From NCBI GenBank assembly GCA_014360755.1, contig JACIWX010000003.1, forward strand, positions 283,678 through 347,677: a DNA stretch of 64,000 nt. The letters are read 5' to 3'. Numbering within the stretch: position 1 is the first letter of the stretch; each line of letters opens with the position of its first letter. The notes beneath the pieces are model-generated. The model was not told the DNA's origin and ran no database searches. It saw nothing but the letters and a program-made list of their open reading frames with translations. Below, in pieces: positions 28,059 to 37,614 of this stretch. Source of the stretch: Chloroflexota bacterium. Lineage in GTDB: Bacteria > Chloroflexota > Anaerolineae > UBA2200. The position numbers and the translations under genes were made by a program.

Positions 28059-29567
28059 ATGCAAATCATTGAGCTTCAAGGCGACGAGAATATTGCAGTC
28101 ATTCGAAACCTCCTGGAGCAAGCCACTGATCAGGAGGTGGTGCTCTTTGTGCCCAGGGGATGTGAGGCACTAGAGAGGAACGAAGTCAACCTCAGGGTAT
28201 TGCGCCGCTGGGCGGACAATCTTGCCTTGCACGTTGCCCTGGTCATCGAGGACAGGGGTACGCATGTTATGGCCCGGCAAGCAGGATTTGTTTTGTTACC
28301 CTCTATTGCCAAAGCCCAGCAAACCAATCTGCGCCTTTTGGAACGCCGCAAGCGCCGTTTCGAAGGGTTGCCACCACGTCCGAGTCCTGCTGTACCGCTT
28401 GCCCCGCCAAGACAGACGCCGAGCAGGGCTGCCCGGAGACCCACCTCCCGCGTCTTCGTTGGCATCCTGGTCAGTTTGCTCGCCTTCCTGACCCTTACGC
28501 TGACCGTGCTGGTCATCTTGCCCAGCGCTACGATCACCCTTACGCCGGTCAGTGAGCCTGTAGAAGCCTCTATGGAAATCGTCGGCGTAGCTGGCTTGAC
28601 GGACATCAATTACGGCCTGGCTGAAGTACCAGCGCGCTTAGTTTCTGTTGAACGCGAGGGCAGTGATAAGATTGCCACCACAGATCGGCGGGACGTCCCG
28701 GATGCACACGCACAAGGAACGGTAATCTTTGCCAATAAAACGACCATTCCAGTAACGATCACTAAGGGTACGGTGGTGCGCACCAGCACTGGCGACAATG
28801 TGCGCTTCTATACTGTGGCTGATGCCTGGTTGCCTGGTGAACTGTTCGCCACGGTGCGTGTGGGTATCCTGGCAGCAGAGCCAGGCCCAAAAGGCAATGT
28901 GCCTGCCCTGAGCATCAATGTAATAGAAGGCGAACTGGCTGCACAAGCTGATGTGTTGAATGATGCGCGCACCAGCGGTGGCACAGTGCGCCGAATGCCC
29001 ATCGTAGCTAGCGAAGATGAGGTGAACCTGCGTGCTAAATTGATGAAACGCCTGCAGGAAGAAGCCTACCGCGAATTGACGGCTGCCCTAAGCAAGAGTG
29101 AGTTCATTCCCCCGGATTCCCTGAGCATTGCAATCATAAACGAGAAGTTTGATCACAAAGTGGGGGACATGGCAGATGAGCTGGGCATGAGCATGAAAGT
29201 AAGGGTAACCGGCTTGGCAGTTGACACTGCCAATGGAGAGAAACTGTTGCTACGGCTGCTAGAGCAACGCATGAAACCAGGCTATCGCTTGCTTGAGGAG
29301 AGTGCTTCCTTTCAGCAGGATGGTTTGATTGAGGCCTCATCCAACAAAGCGCGTTTTCGCATGAGCGCACGGGCCAGAATCGCGCCTGCTATTGACGCTA
29401 GTGAGGTCAGGCATGCCGTTGCCGGCAAGACGATTGAAGCAGCCAGAGAACACCTGATGCGACAATTCAAACTCAGCACTGCTCCGCAGATTCAATTGCA
29501 GAACAGCTTGCTCCAGCGTTTGCCATGGTGGACCGCTCGCATTCATGTGCGGGTTAGCACAAGGTGA
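28059..29567 (+). CDS. Membrane-anchored protein with a baseplate J/gp47-like domain
   Basis: One TM helix (~aa131-153), then AQGTVIFANKT..V.I.KGT.V.T, A.EPGPKGNV.A..IN, V.N...TSGG. Confidence 0.7.
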   Translation: MQIIELQGDENIAVIRNLLEQATDQEVVLFVPRGCEALERNEVNLRVLRRWADNLALHVALVIEDRGTHVMARQAGFVLLPSIAKAQQTNLRLLERRKRRFEGLPPRPSPAVPLAPPRQTPSRAARRPTSRVFVGILVSLLAFLTLTLTVLVILPSATITLTPVSEPVEASMEIVGVAGLTDINYGLAEVPARLVSVEREGSDKIATTDRRDVPDAHAQGTVIFANKTTIPVTITKGTVVRTSTGDNVRFYTVADAWLPGELFATVRVGILAAEPGPKGNVPALSINVIEGELAAQADVLNDARTSGGTVRRMPIVASEDEVNLRAKLMKRLQEEAYRELTAALSKSEFIPPDSLSIAIINEKFDHKVGDMADELGMSMKVRVTGLAVDTANGEKLLLRLLEQRMKPGYRLLEESASFQQDGLIEASSNKARFRMSARARIAPAIDASEVRHAVAGKTIEAAREHLMRQFKLSTAPQIQLQNSLLQRLPWWTARIHVRVSTR

Positions 29568-29570
29568 GCC

Positions 29571-29978
29571 ATGCGCATATTGGCGGTAGATATAGGGGAG
29601 AAACGTATTGGCGTTGCGCTAAGCGACGCCCTAGGCTGGCTGGCTACCCCATTAACGGTGATCACGTACAAAAAGCGTGAGGAAGGCCTTGCCGCTATCG
29701 CGGAATTGGTGCGTACACACCAGGTAGGACAGGTGATTGTAGGCTATCCGCGGAGTCTAAACGGCACCGTTGGCCCCCAAGCCAGGCAGGTCGACAAGTT
29801 CGTGGCACAACTTCGTGCTCGCCTAGAGGTACCGATCGTGTTGTGGGATGAGCGCTTGTCCACAGCCCAGGCTGAGCGCCTTGTCCACGAAACGGGTAGG
29901 AGTGTGCAACGCGAGCGTATTGACGCCTTAGCAGCAGCGGTGATCCTGCAAAGTTATTTGGACGCACAAAGGCACTAA
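29571..29978 (+). CDS. ruvX: RuvX/YqgF putative pre-16S rRNA nuclease
   Basis: ILAVDIGEKRIGVALSD, VGYP, WDERLST, IDALAA..IL. Confidence 0.93.
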   Translation: MRILAVDIGEKRIGVALSDALGWLATPLTVITYKKREEGLAAIAELVRTHQVGQVIVGYPRSLNGTVGPQARQVDKFVAQLRARLEVPIVLWDERLSTAQAERLVHETGRSVQRERIDALAAAVILQSYLDAQRH

Positions 29979-30044
29979 AGGGTGAACATGACAGATGGCT
30001 GCGCTTGAACTGGCAGCCTGCCATCTTAAGTAAGGAGGCTCTCT

Positions 30045-31190
30045 TTGGAAGGAAGCAAGCGTGCTCTGATACGGATTATGCTTTTCCTGCTTGGAGTGGT
30101 GCTTATCCTGGGCATTGCCACGGGGACCGTCTGGTTTTTCATCCGCCAGATGCGCACGGCTGCATTACAACCAGGTACCCAAGTGGACTTGACATCCTTG
30201 GAAAAGACACTGCTGGGCATTTATCTTAACCTGCGCCGGGATGAAATCGAGACGCCACCTAGTGCGGATGACACGCCTGTCCCGTTCACCATCCAACCTG
30301 GCGAAAATGGGACTACTGTTGCAGTGCGTTTAGAACGTTTAGGGATTATCCGCGATGCAGAACTGTTCCGGCTCTTGTTGCGCTATTGGGGGGTGGATGC
30401 GCAACTTGAAGCAGGGGATTACGAACTGCGACGCAACATGTCCATGCCCGAAGTCATAAGCCAGTTGCAGCATGGGCGTCTGCGCGCCAAGAGAGTTACG
30501 ATCCGCGAAGGGCTGCGTGCGGAAGAAATTGCATACCTTTTAGCTACAGAGGGTTTAGTAGACCAAGAAGAATTCATTCGCCTCGTACGTGACGATGCTT
30601 TCCACTACGATTTCCTGCGCGATCGGCCAGCCACTGCTCCCAAAACACTGGAAGGGTTCCTCTTTCCTGATACCTACGAGTTTCCAGTGAACATCACTAC
30701 CACTGCTTTGATTGACATTATGTTGCAGAATTTTGACCGGCGAGTCACGATCGAAATGCGCAAGCAGGCTCTTGACCAGGGTTTGACTCTGTTTCAGGTA
30801 CTCACACTGGCTTCCATCGTCGAGCGCGAAGCCGTAGTTCCCGAAGAACGGCCGATTATTGCCAGTGTATACCTCAATCGATTGCGCCGAGGCATTTATC
30901 TAGAAGCCGATCCAACGGTACAATACGCCAAAGGCTATGATCCAAAAACAGGAAGCTGGTGGCCACACCTTTCGCTGGAAGAGTTGCGCGCCGTGGATTC
31001 ACCGTTTAACACCTTTATCCATCCTGGCCTTCCTCCTGGTCCGATCTGCAATCCGGGCTTGGCTTCCATCGAGGCCGTCCTAAATCCCGCAGATACCAAA
31101 TACCTTTTCTTCCATGCCAAAGGCGATGGCACGCATGCTTTTGCTGAGACTTTCGAGGAACATTTGGAAAACCAAAAGAAATACCGCTGA
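30045..31190 (+). CDS. mltG: Endolytic transglycosylase MltG
   Basis: LEGFLFPDTY, ASIVERE, NRL, DPTVQY, GLPPGPICNPG. Confidence 0.93.
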   Translation: MEGSKRALIRIMLFLLGVVLILGIATGTVWFFIRQMRTAALQPGTQVDLTSLEKTLLGIYLNLRRDEIETPPSADDTPVPFTIQPGENGTTVAVRLERLGIIRDAELFRLLLRYWGVDAQLEAGDYELRRNMSMPEVISQLQHGRLRAKRVTIREGLRAEEIAYLLATEGLVDQEEFIRLVRDDAFHYDFLRDRPATAPKTLEGFLFPDTYEFPVNITTTALIDIMLQNFDRRVTIEMRKQALDQGLTLFQVLTLASIVEREAVVPEERPIIASVYLNRLRRGIYLEADPTVQYAKGYDPKTGSWWPHLSLEELRAVDSPFNTFIHPGLPPGPICNPGLASIEAVLNPADTKYLFFHAKGDGTHAFAETFEEHLENQKKYR

Positions 31191-31199
31191 TTCGGCTAT

Positions 31200-31217
31200 T
31201 TGTGCTTTTTTGCACTA
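31200..31217. promoter_or_regulatory. Candidate Rex operator TTGTGCTTTTTTGCACTA
   Basis: 18-bp imperfect palindrome resembling TTGTGAA-N4-TTCACAA, upstream of the MTHFR operon. Confidence 0.5.
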
Positions 31218-31316
31218 TTTGCCAAAGCTGGCAAAGCTGTGTACAATGTCGCCGACTGCGTTGTTCCAGAAGCAGCCGGATTAAACATCGCCCCAAAATA
31301 GAAAGGATAGCCGAGT

Positions 31317-33410
31317 ATGAGCAACCTAAGCGACCGATCTACATTGCCTGCGGAACCGCTTCCTCCATGTCAGGTTGCCTGTCCAGCACACACCGATGTC
31401 CGGGGCTATATCCACGCCATCGCGCGCGGAGATTTTGAAGAAGCCTACCGTATAGCGCGCGAACCCAATCCCTTGCCTTACATCTGCGGCAAGGTTTGTG
31501 CTCATCCCTGTGAGACCGAATGCCGACGCGGTGACGTTGATGAGCCCGTCGCCATCTGTGCGCTGAAGCGTTTCGCGACAGAGCAACACGACCTGAGCAA
31601 AGGCCATGCGCCAGGGCTAACCGTCGCAGAGCCAAAGGAGGAAAAAGTAGCGATCGTCGGCTCAGGCCCCGGCGGCCTGACCGCTGCCCATGACCTGGCA
31701 CGCATGGGTTATAAAGTTACCGTCTTCGAAGCTTACCCCAAAGTTGGCGGCATGATGCAATATGGCATTCCTCTCTATCGCTTGCCGCGTGAGACCATTG
31801 ACCTTGAAACGGCCCCCCTGAAGGATCTAGGCGTCGAGTTCGTCACTAATCAGCGGGTTACCGATGTAGACGCCTTGCTCGCAGATGGCTACAAAGCAGT
31901 ATTCCTGGCCGTTGGTTCTCATGTGGGACGCAAGCTACGCATTCCCAATGCAGACCTGCCTGATGTCTGGTTGAACACGGAATTCCTGCGGCGGGTGGCT
32001 TTGGGAGAGAAGATTGACCTGAGAGGACGCCACGTGCTGGTGCTGGGAGGAGGCAACGTAGCCATAGATGTGGCACGCACAGCATTGCGCCTGGGTGCAG
32101 CCGAGGTTTCCATGACTTGTTTGGAGAGCTGCACCACACAGCCAGCACATCCTTGGGAAATCAAGGAGGCTGTGGAAGAGGGCGTGCAGATGTTCCATGA
32201 CCGCACATTCAAAGAAATTGTCGCTGAGAATGGCAAAGTCAAGGGCGTGCGCTGCGTCAAGGTGAACTTCCGTGGCTTCTTGCCAACTGGTGCGCCGGAC
32301 ATGGATGAATTCCCCGAAACAGAGCATGTCCTCCCGGCAGATTTGGTCATTTTTGCGATTGGCCAGGGCCCTGACCTCAGTTTCCTGCCCCAAGATGGCT
32401 CTATTGCTCAGACACCACGGCGCACAATCCAAGTCAATCCTGTTACCTTGGCTACTACCAAACCAGGCGTCTTTGCCGGTGGGGATGCCGTCACTGGTGT
32501 GGGATTTATTATTGATGCTATTGCAGCAGGGCATCGCGCTGCTCGCTCCATAGACGCTTACCTGCGAGGTCTTGATCCGGCTTCTGTGCAGCCTCCTGAG
32601 CCGCAGAAGCTCAATGATCTGCAACAAAAGACCATCTCCCACATCCGCCACCTGAAGCGCGAAGAGATGCCCATGTTGGATGTCAACCAACGCAAGTTCA
32701 CCTTTGACGAAGTATACCTAGGCTATACGGAGGCACAGGCTATCCGCGCCGCGCATCGCTGCCTTACTTGTGGCGCGGGTGCGCGAGTAGAGGAAACCAA
32801 GTGCATTGCTTGCCTCACCTGCGTGCGGGTCTGCCCTTATGAAGTGCCATTACTGGCGCGTGGCACTGCAAATGTGCCTGTAGATCAGTGTCAAGCCTGT
32901 GGCATTTGCGCGACCGAGTGCCCGGCGAAAGCGATCTCGATGAAACTCTATTCCGATGAGGACATGATCAAACAGATTCGCGATGCGGTGCGCAAGGCCA
33001 AGTACAATGGCGAACCGGCCATTGTAGGCTTTGCCTGTCGCTATTGTGCCTATGCTGGCGAGGATGCGAACGTAGTCAAAGCAAGCCTGCCGGCGAATGT
33101 GCAAACCATTGACGTGCTGTGCACGGGGAAGGTAGATGCTCTGTACCTGCTGAAGGCCTTCGAATTTGGTGCCGATGGCGTATTTGTGGCAGGTTGTCTG
33201 GAAGGCGAGTGTCACAATGACAAGGGCAATGTCCACGCTGCAAAACGCGTGGCTTACGTAAAAGGATTGCTGGATGAACTCGCTCTGGGCAATGCACGGC
33301 TGGAAATGTTCCACATGTCCCCTGACCAATGCGCCAACATGGCCGAGGTCGTCAGCACACTGATTACAAAGGTCAAAGAATTGGGACCTAGTCCGGTGAG
33401 GAGAAGCTAA
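31317..33410 (+). CDS. FAD/NAD(P)-dependent oxidoreductase: GltD/NfnB-like domain + 2x[4Fe-4S] + MvhD (FlpD) fusion
   Basis: PCQVACP..CGKVCAHPCETECRR, GSGPGG, GGGNVA, CIACLTCVRVCP, CQACGICATECP, GFACRYC..CTGKVD..GADGV.V.GC...CH. Confidence 0.88.
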   Translation: MSNLSDRSTLPAEPLPPCQVACPAHTDVRGYIHAIARGDFEEAYRIAREPNPLPYICGKVCAHPCETECRRGDVDEPVAICALKRFATEQHDLSKGHAPGLTVAEPKEEKVAIVGSGPGGLTAAHDLARMGYKVTVFEAYPKVGGMMQYGIPLYRLPRETIDLETAPLKDLGVEFVTNQRVTDVDALLADGYKAVFLAVGSHVGRKLRIPNADLPDVWLNTEFLRRVALGEKIDLRGRHVLVLGGGNVAIDVARTALRLGAAEVSMTCLESCTTQPAHPWEIKEAVEEGVQMFHDRTFKEIVAENGKVKGVRCVKVNFRGFLPTGAPDMDEFPETEHVLPADLVIFAIGQGPDLSFLPQDGSIAQTPRRTIQVNPVTLATTKPGVFAGGDAVTGVGFIIDAIAAGHRAARSIDAYLRGLDPASVQPPEPQKLNDLQQKTISHIRHLKREEMPMLDVNQRKFTFDEVYLGYTEAQAIRAAHRCLTCGAGARVEETKCIACLTCVRVCPYEVPLLARGTANVPVDQCQACGICATECPAKAISMKLYSDEDMIKQIRDAVRKAKYNGEPAIVGFACRYCAYAGEDANVVKASLPANVQTIDVLCTGKVDALYLLKAFEFGADGVFVAGCLEGECHNDKGNVHAAKRVAYVKGLLDELALGNARLEMFHMSPDQCANMAEVVSTLITKVKELGPSPVRRS

Positions 33411-33411
33411 C

Positions 33412-34080
33412 ATGATCAAAGCACAACAAAAACCCATCGCCGAGATCAAGGCATTGATCGCTCCATACCACAGAATCCTGATCCTTGGCTGTGGTACATG
33501 TGTTACCATCAGTTTTGCCGGTGGCGAGAAAGAGGTTGGATTGCTGGCTTCCAGCCTGCGCATTGCTTCGGCTATGGAGGGACAGGATAAAATATTCGCT
33601 GAAGCAACTGTGCAGCGCCAGTGTGAATGGGAGTTCATTGATGCTGTTGCGGAACAGATTCAGCAAGCAGATGCCGTTCTCTCTCTCGCTTGTGGCATTG
33701 GGGTGCAAGCCCTAGCCGAGCGCTATCCCGATAAGGTTGTCCTGCCTGGTGTGAATACCACCTTCCTAGGCATGGCGGTGGAGCACGGCGTCCTGGTAGA
33801 GCGTTGCCGTGCCTGCGGTGATTGCATCCTGGGCTTGACTGGTGGCGTGTGTCCTATTGCGCGCTGTGCCAAAAACCTGCTCAATGGCCCCTGTGGTGGC
33901 TCGCAGAATGGCAAATGCGAGGTTAATCCGGAGCTTGACTGTGCCTGGCAGCTCATCTATGACCGCTTAGCCAGATTGGGACAACTAGACCGCTTGGCCG
34001 CCCTGATGCCATACAAGGATTGGTCTAAGGACTATGACGGCGGCCCACGTAAGATTGTAAGGGAGGATCTGAGGCTATGA
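33412..34080 (+). CDS. metV: Methylene-THF reductase small Fe-S subunit
   Basis: GCGTC, RQCE, ACGIGVQ, CRACGDC..CP..RCAK.LLNGPCGG...CAW. Confidence 0.9.
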   Translation: MIKAQQKPIAEIKALIAPYHRILILGCGTCVTISFAGGEKEVGLLASSLRIASAMEGQDKIFAEATVQRQCEWEFIDAVAEQIQQADAVLSLACGIGVQALAERYPDKVVLPGVNTTFLGMAVEHGVLVERCRACGDCILGLTGGVCPIARCAKNLLNGPCGGSQNGKCEVNPELDCAWQLIYDRLARLGQLDRLAALMPYKDWSKDYDGGPRKIVREDLRL

Positions 34081-35000
34081 AAGTCGGCAGTAATCTCGAA
34101 AAAGTGCTCACCAGCGGCTACTTTGCCGCTACTGGGGAATTGGGCCCTCCCAAAAGCGCTGACCCAGGAGTGATCCGCCATAAAGCGAGCCTGCTCAAGG
34201 GGTACGTGGACGCGGTCAACATCACCGATAACCAGACAGCCATTGTCCGTATGTCGAGCATCTCTGTGGGCATCATGCTATTGCAATTGGGGCTAGAGCC
34301 CACGATTCAAATGACGTGTCGTGACCGCAATCGCTTGGCGATTCAATCCGACCTGCTGGGGGCAGCTGCCCATGGCGTGAAGAACCTGCTCTGTCTGACA
34401 GGCGACCACCAACGCTTTGGCAACCATCCCACAGCCCGTGGGGTATACGACCTGGATTCCATCCAGCTGATCCAGATGGTCAAAACGATGCGCGATGAGA
34501 AAAAGTTCGCTTGCGGCGAAGAAATGGATGTCGAGCCACGTTTCTTTATCGGGGCAGCGGAAAACCCCTTTGCAGACCCATTTGATTACCGGCCTTATCG
34601 CTTGGCGAAGAAGATTGCGGCAGGAGCGGACTTTATACAGACTCAGCTTATTTACAATGTACCCAAGTTCAAAGAGTTCATGAAGCGGGTTTGTGATCTA
34701 GGTTTGCACGAAAAGTGTTACATCCTGGCTGGGGTTGGTCCCATTAAAAGCGTCGGTATGGCTCGTTATATGCAGACCAGCGTCCCTGGTATGGACGTGC
34801 CTGAAGAAATTGTGGCACGGTTGAAGGGGGTGCCAAAGGATCAAGTGCGCAAAGAGGGCATCAAGCAGTGCGCGGACATTATCTCTGAAATACGGGAGAT
34901 CCCAGGCGTCGCCGGCGTACACGTTATGGCCATCGAATGGGAAGAGGCCGTGCCCGAAATCCTGGAACTGGCAGGACTGCTGCCACGGCCAAAGGTATAA
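34077..35000 (+). CDS. metF: 5,10-methylenetetrahydrofolate reductase
   Basis: ELGPPK, NITDNQ, TCRDRNR, LTGDH, KKIAAGADFIQTQ. Confidence 0.93.
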   Translation: MKVGSNLEKVLTSGYFAATGELGPPKSADPGVIRHKASLLKGYVDAVNITDNQTAIVRMSSISVGIMLLQLGLEPTIQMTCRDRNRLAIQSDLLGAAAHGVKNLLCLTGDHQRFGNHPTARGVYDLDSIQLIQMVKTMRDEKKFACGEEMDVEPRFFIGAAENPFADPFDYRPYRLAKKIAAGADFIQTQLIYNVPKFKEFMKRVCDLGLHEKCYILAGVGPIKSVGMARYMQTSVPGMDVPEEIVARLKGVPKDQVRKEGIKQCADIISEIREIPGVAGVHVMAIEWEEAVPEILELAGLLPRPKV

Positions 35001-35048
35001 AACCGTAGGCACGGGTTCGTTCTGGTAGTCTTACTGTAGGCATCTGGT

Positions 35049-35585
35049 TTATGGACCTTTGGCTCTGCGAAGCTGGGCCACGTATATGCGACGAATCTCA
35101 GTAAAGATTTCGATATAGCGCGGGCTGGCATAGTCCGGATAAGTCCATTCCCAGGGATGGAAAGCACCGTGTCTATATTGTAGGGTTACTTCGGCATAAA
35201 TGCCCTGCCCCAAATAGATGCGATGAGAATAGTCTTTGGTGGTAGCCAACACGAGCTTGCCCAGTGAGACGTAGCCTGGATCCAAATTGACACGGCGCCG
35301 TCCCTCTACAGCCCAGGTCATTTCCAGGTCGTTGGTGATGCGTTTGATCTCGGCCAATCGGTCTGGCGGAACCAATTCCATGAAGGCAACAATTTGCCGC
35401 ACCAATCCTTCGCCGAACTCGCGGGCATAATAGGAGGTGCGGTTAAAAGGCAACAACTCGCTTTGGTAGTCAATGGGTCCAAAGCGGTTGGCTAATGCCC
35501 CTCTGGCCACTGCCAATAGGGTTTCATCTGCAGTAAAAATGCTGGCAATCAACTTGACGGGGGGCGGTTCATTGATCTTGCCCAT
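35049..35585 (-). CDS. DUF4416 family protein
   Basis: TSYYAREFG, RRVNLDPGY, LATTKDYSHRIYL..GIYAE, WTYPDY. Confidence 0.8.
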   Translation of the reverse strand: MGKINEPPPVKLIASIFTADETLLAVARGALANRFGPIDYQSELLPFNRTSYYAREFGEGLVRQIVAFMELVPPDRLAEIKRITNDLEMTWAVEGRRRVNLDPGYVSLGKLVLATTKDYSHRIYLGQGIYAEVTLQYRHGAFHPWEWTYPDYASPRYIEIFTEIRRIYVAQLRRAKGP

Positions 35586-35864
35586 CTCCAACCCTTCCTC
35601 TGTCCGAGTATTATAGCGGAAAAGCGAGTGGGTCCACAAAAATGATGAGTAACGAGTGATGAGTGCGGGTTATAACAAGTACCAATGGTAACGGTTCTCC
35701 CCAATTTTTTACCTAAAATGCGCGTATCTTACACCTATGCTCCAATACTTGTCTGGCTGTTACTCGTATACTTTGTTACAAAATACAAGGGAGGAAAGTA
35801 GTACGAGCCTGTGAAGCCATCCGCGCCATGCCCTATGGCAGCGAATTCTCAAAGAGGAGCACAA

Positions 35865-37049
35865 ATGGATAGGGGAACTTGTGACAATGAGTTCCCTGTT
35901 GACACATCTTCTCCAGTGAATATGCACGATACGCCCATATTTACCGAGGCCATCACCTCGCCCGCATCTCGATCCTTACGGCCTCCTCGAGGCATTGTTG
36001 TCCTCTACAGCGCTGCGGACAAGCCAAGTACCCATGGCTCGAGAGACATCCTGGCTGATCTGGAAACGATCGCCACAGCCCAAGCAGTTGCTAAGGTTTT
36101 GCAACAGCATGCCCATTGGGAGGTTCGCCTTCTCCCCGCTGCACATCACGTGGAAAAGAAACTAGCCCTATACCCACCAGAAGATTATGTGGTGTTCAAC
36201 CTATTTGAAGGGTTAGACTGCCCTGCGGAAATAGAAATAGAAGGAGAAGATGGCTATCGTTGGGACGAGGAAGCTCGCGCCGCTTTTACTCTGCAAGAAC
36301 TCGGTTACCGTTTCACGGGCGCAGATGGGCACATTTTGGCTCTTGCTCTGAACAAGGCTGAGGCAAAAACGGTCCTGGAGCGAAATGGTATACTCACTCC
36401 GCCTTGGCGTGTCTTTACTCATCCAGATGAGGTAGAGGCGAATAATTTGGGAACTCTGACCTTCCCAGTGATCGTCAAGCCTGTGGCTGAGGACAGCAGC
36501 CTGGGCATTAATGGCAACGCTGTGGTGAACGATGTGGCTAGCCTGCGTGCGAGAGTCGCTTACCTTATTGAGCGCTATCGCCAGAATGTGCTTGTGGAGA
36601 CATTCATTGACGGTCGGGAGTTCAACATCTCTATTTGGGGCAGCCCGCCCCAAGTATTGCCTCTGGCAGAAGTAGATTTAAGCGCGTTGGGCAGCCCAGA
36701 GAAGCGCATCGTTTCGTTTGCTGCCAAATGGGAGGAAAACTCGTTTGAATACACTCACACTCCTGTTATTTGCCCAGCCATTGTAGCAAAAGAGCTGGCT
36801 GAGCGCATCCGCGATACCGCCTTGCGAGCGTGGGAAGCCATAGGCGGACGGCGGGGATATGGGCGTGTGGACATGCGCGTGCGCGATGAACAGGTATATG
36901 TACTTGAGGTGAACCCCAACCCCTCGTTGGCACCTGATGCTGGCTTTGCGCGCGCCGCTCTCGCCGCAGGCTTTGACTATGCACATATGATCCTTAACAT
37001 CCTTTCTTTTGTTACGGAGGAAATCCTTGTTCACGATTCATCCCATTGA
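35865..37049 (+). CDS. ATP-grasp ligase, D-Ala-D-Ala ligase-like
   Basis: FTG, IVKP.AEDSS.GI, E.FIDGREF, GRVDMR, LEVNPNP; lacks the Ddl HG..GEDG motif. Confidence 0.85.
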   Translation: MDRGTCDNEFPVDTSSPVNMHDTPIFTEAITSPASRSLRPPRGIVVLYSAADKPSTHGSRDILADLETIATAQAVAKVLQQHAHWEVRLLPAAHHVEKKLALYPPEDYVVFNLFEGLDCPAEIEIEGEDGYRWDEEARAAFTLQELGYRFTGADGHILALALNKAEAKTVLERNGILTPPWRVFTHPDEVEANNLGTLTFPVIVKPVAEDSSLGINGNAVVNDVASLRARVAYLIERYRQNVLVETFIDGREFNISIWGSPPQVLPLAEVDLSALGSPEKRIVSFAAKWEENSFEYTHTPVICPAIVAKELAERIRDTALRAWEAIGGRRGYGRVDMRVRDEQVYVLEVNPNPSLAPDAGFARAALAAGFDYAHMILNILSFVTEEILVHDSSH

Positions 37050-37506
37050 AGAACAAGACCGTGAAGCGGTCCTAGCCATTTCAGAAGGAGTGGGAGTATT
37101 CACCCCAGAAGAAGTAGCCTGTGTAGATGATCTTCTCCAAGTGTATCTTTACAAGCCTGAACAGCAGGACTATACCTTTATAGGTGCTTATAACCAGAGC
37201 GGTTCCCTCCTTGGCTATGTCTGCTTTGGCCCCACTCCATTGACAAAAGGGACATATAGCATCTATTGGATAGCGGTCAGCAAGTCCGCACAAGGACAAG
37301 GAGTAGGACGCGCGTTGTTAGACTGGGCTGAGCAATATCTGCGCGCCGCATGTGCTCGTTTATTGATCCTTGAAACCAGCAGCACACCCGAGTACAGACC
37401 AGCGCGCAGGTTCTACAAGAAATTGGGCTACAAAGGCTGTACTCGTGTGCCGGACTTTTACAGCCCCGGGGACGATCTGGTGATATTCTATAAGGCGTTG
37501 CGCTAA
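37027..37506 (+). CDS. GNAT family N-acetyltransferase
   Basis: YWIAV, QGQGVG acetyl-CoA loop, ETSS, FY; GGAGG RBS before TTG 37027. Confidence 0.88.
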   Translation: MFTIHPIEEQDREAVLAISEGVGVFTPEEVACVDDLLQVYLYKPEQQDYTFIGAYNQSGSLLGYVCFGPTPLTKGTYSIYWIAVSKSAQGQGVGRALLDWAEQYLRAACARLLILETSSTPEYRPARRFYKKLGYKGCTRVPDFYSPGDDLVIFYKALR

Positions 37507-37614
37507 CTAGCGACTGCTCGTTGTATCATGTATAATGCATTTGCCTCAGAGGTTTCCCAGCCAAGCAGCCTGAAGGCATGCACAAACTCCCCTTGAAAGG
37601 CACGGAGGAAACAA

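Noticed and set aside
28059..29567. Prophage or contractile injection system
   Set aside because: No sheath, tube, spike, capsid or terminase genes; the protein is membrane-anchored in a housekeeping operon
31935..33638. Long antisense ORFs (31935-32690, 32850-33638; also 7311-8120 and 22108-22839)
   Set aside because: Shadows of well-supported genes on the opposite strand, with no recognisable motifs
32990..34080. Selenocysteine recoding in the MvhD domain or MetV
   Set aside because: Both frames are open with Cys at the expected positions and no in-frame TGA
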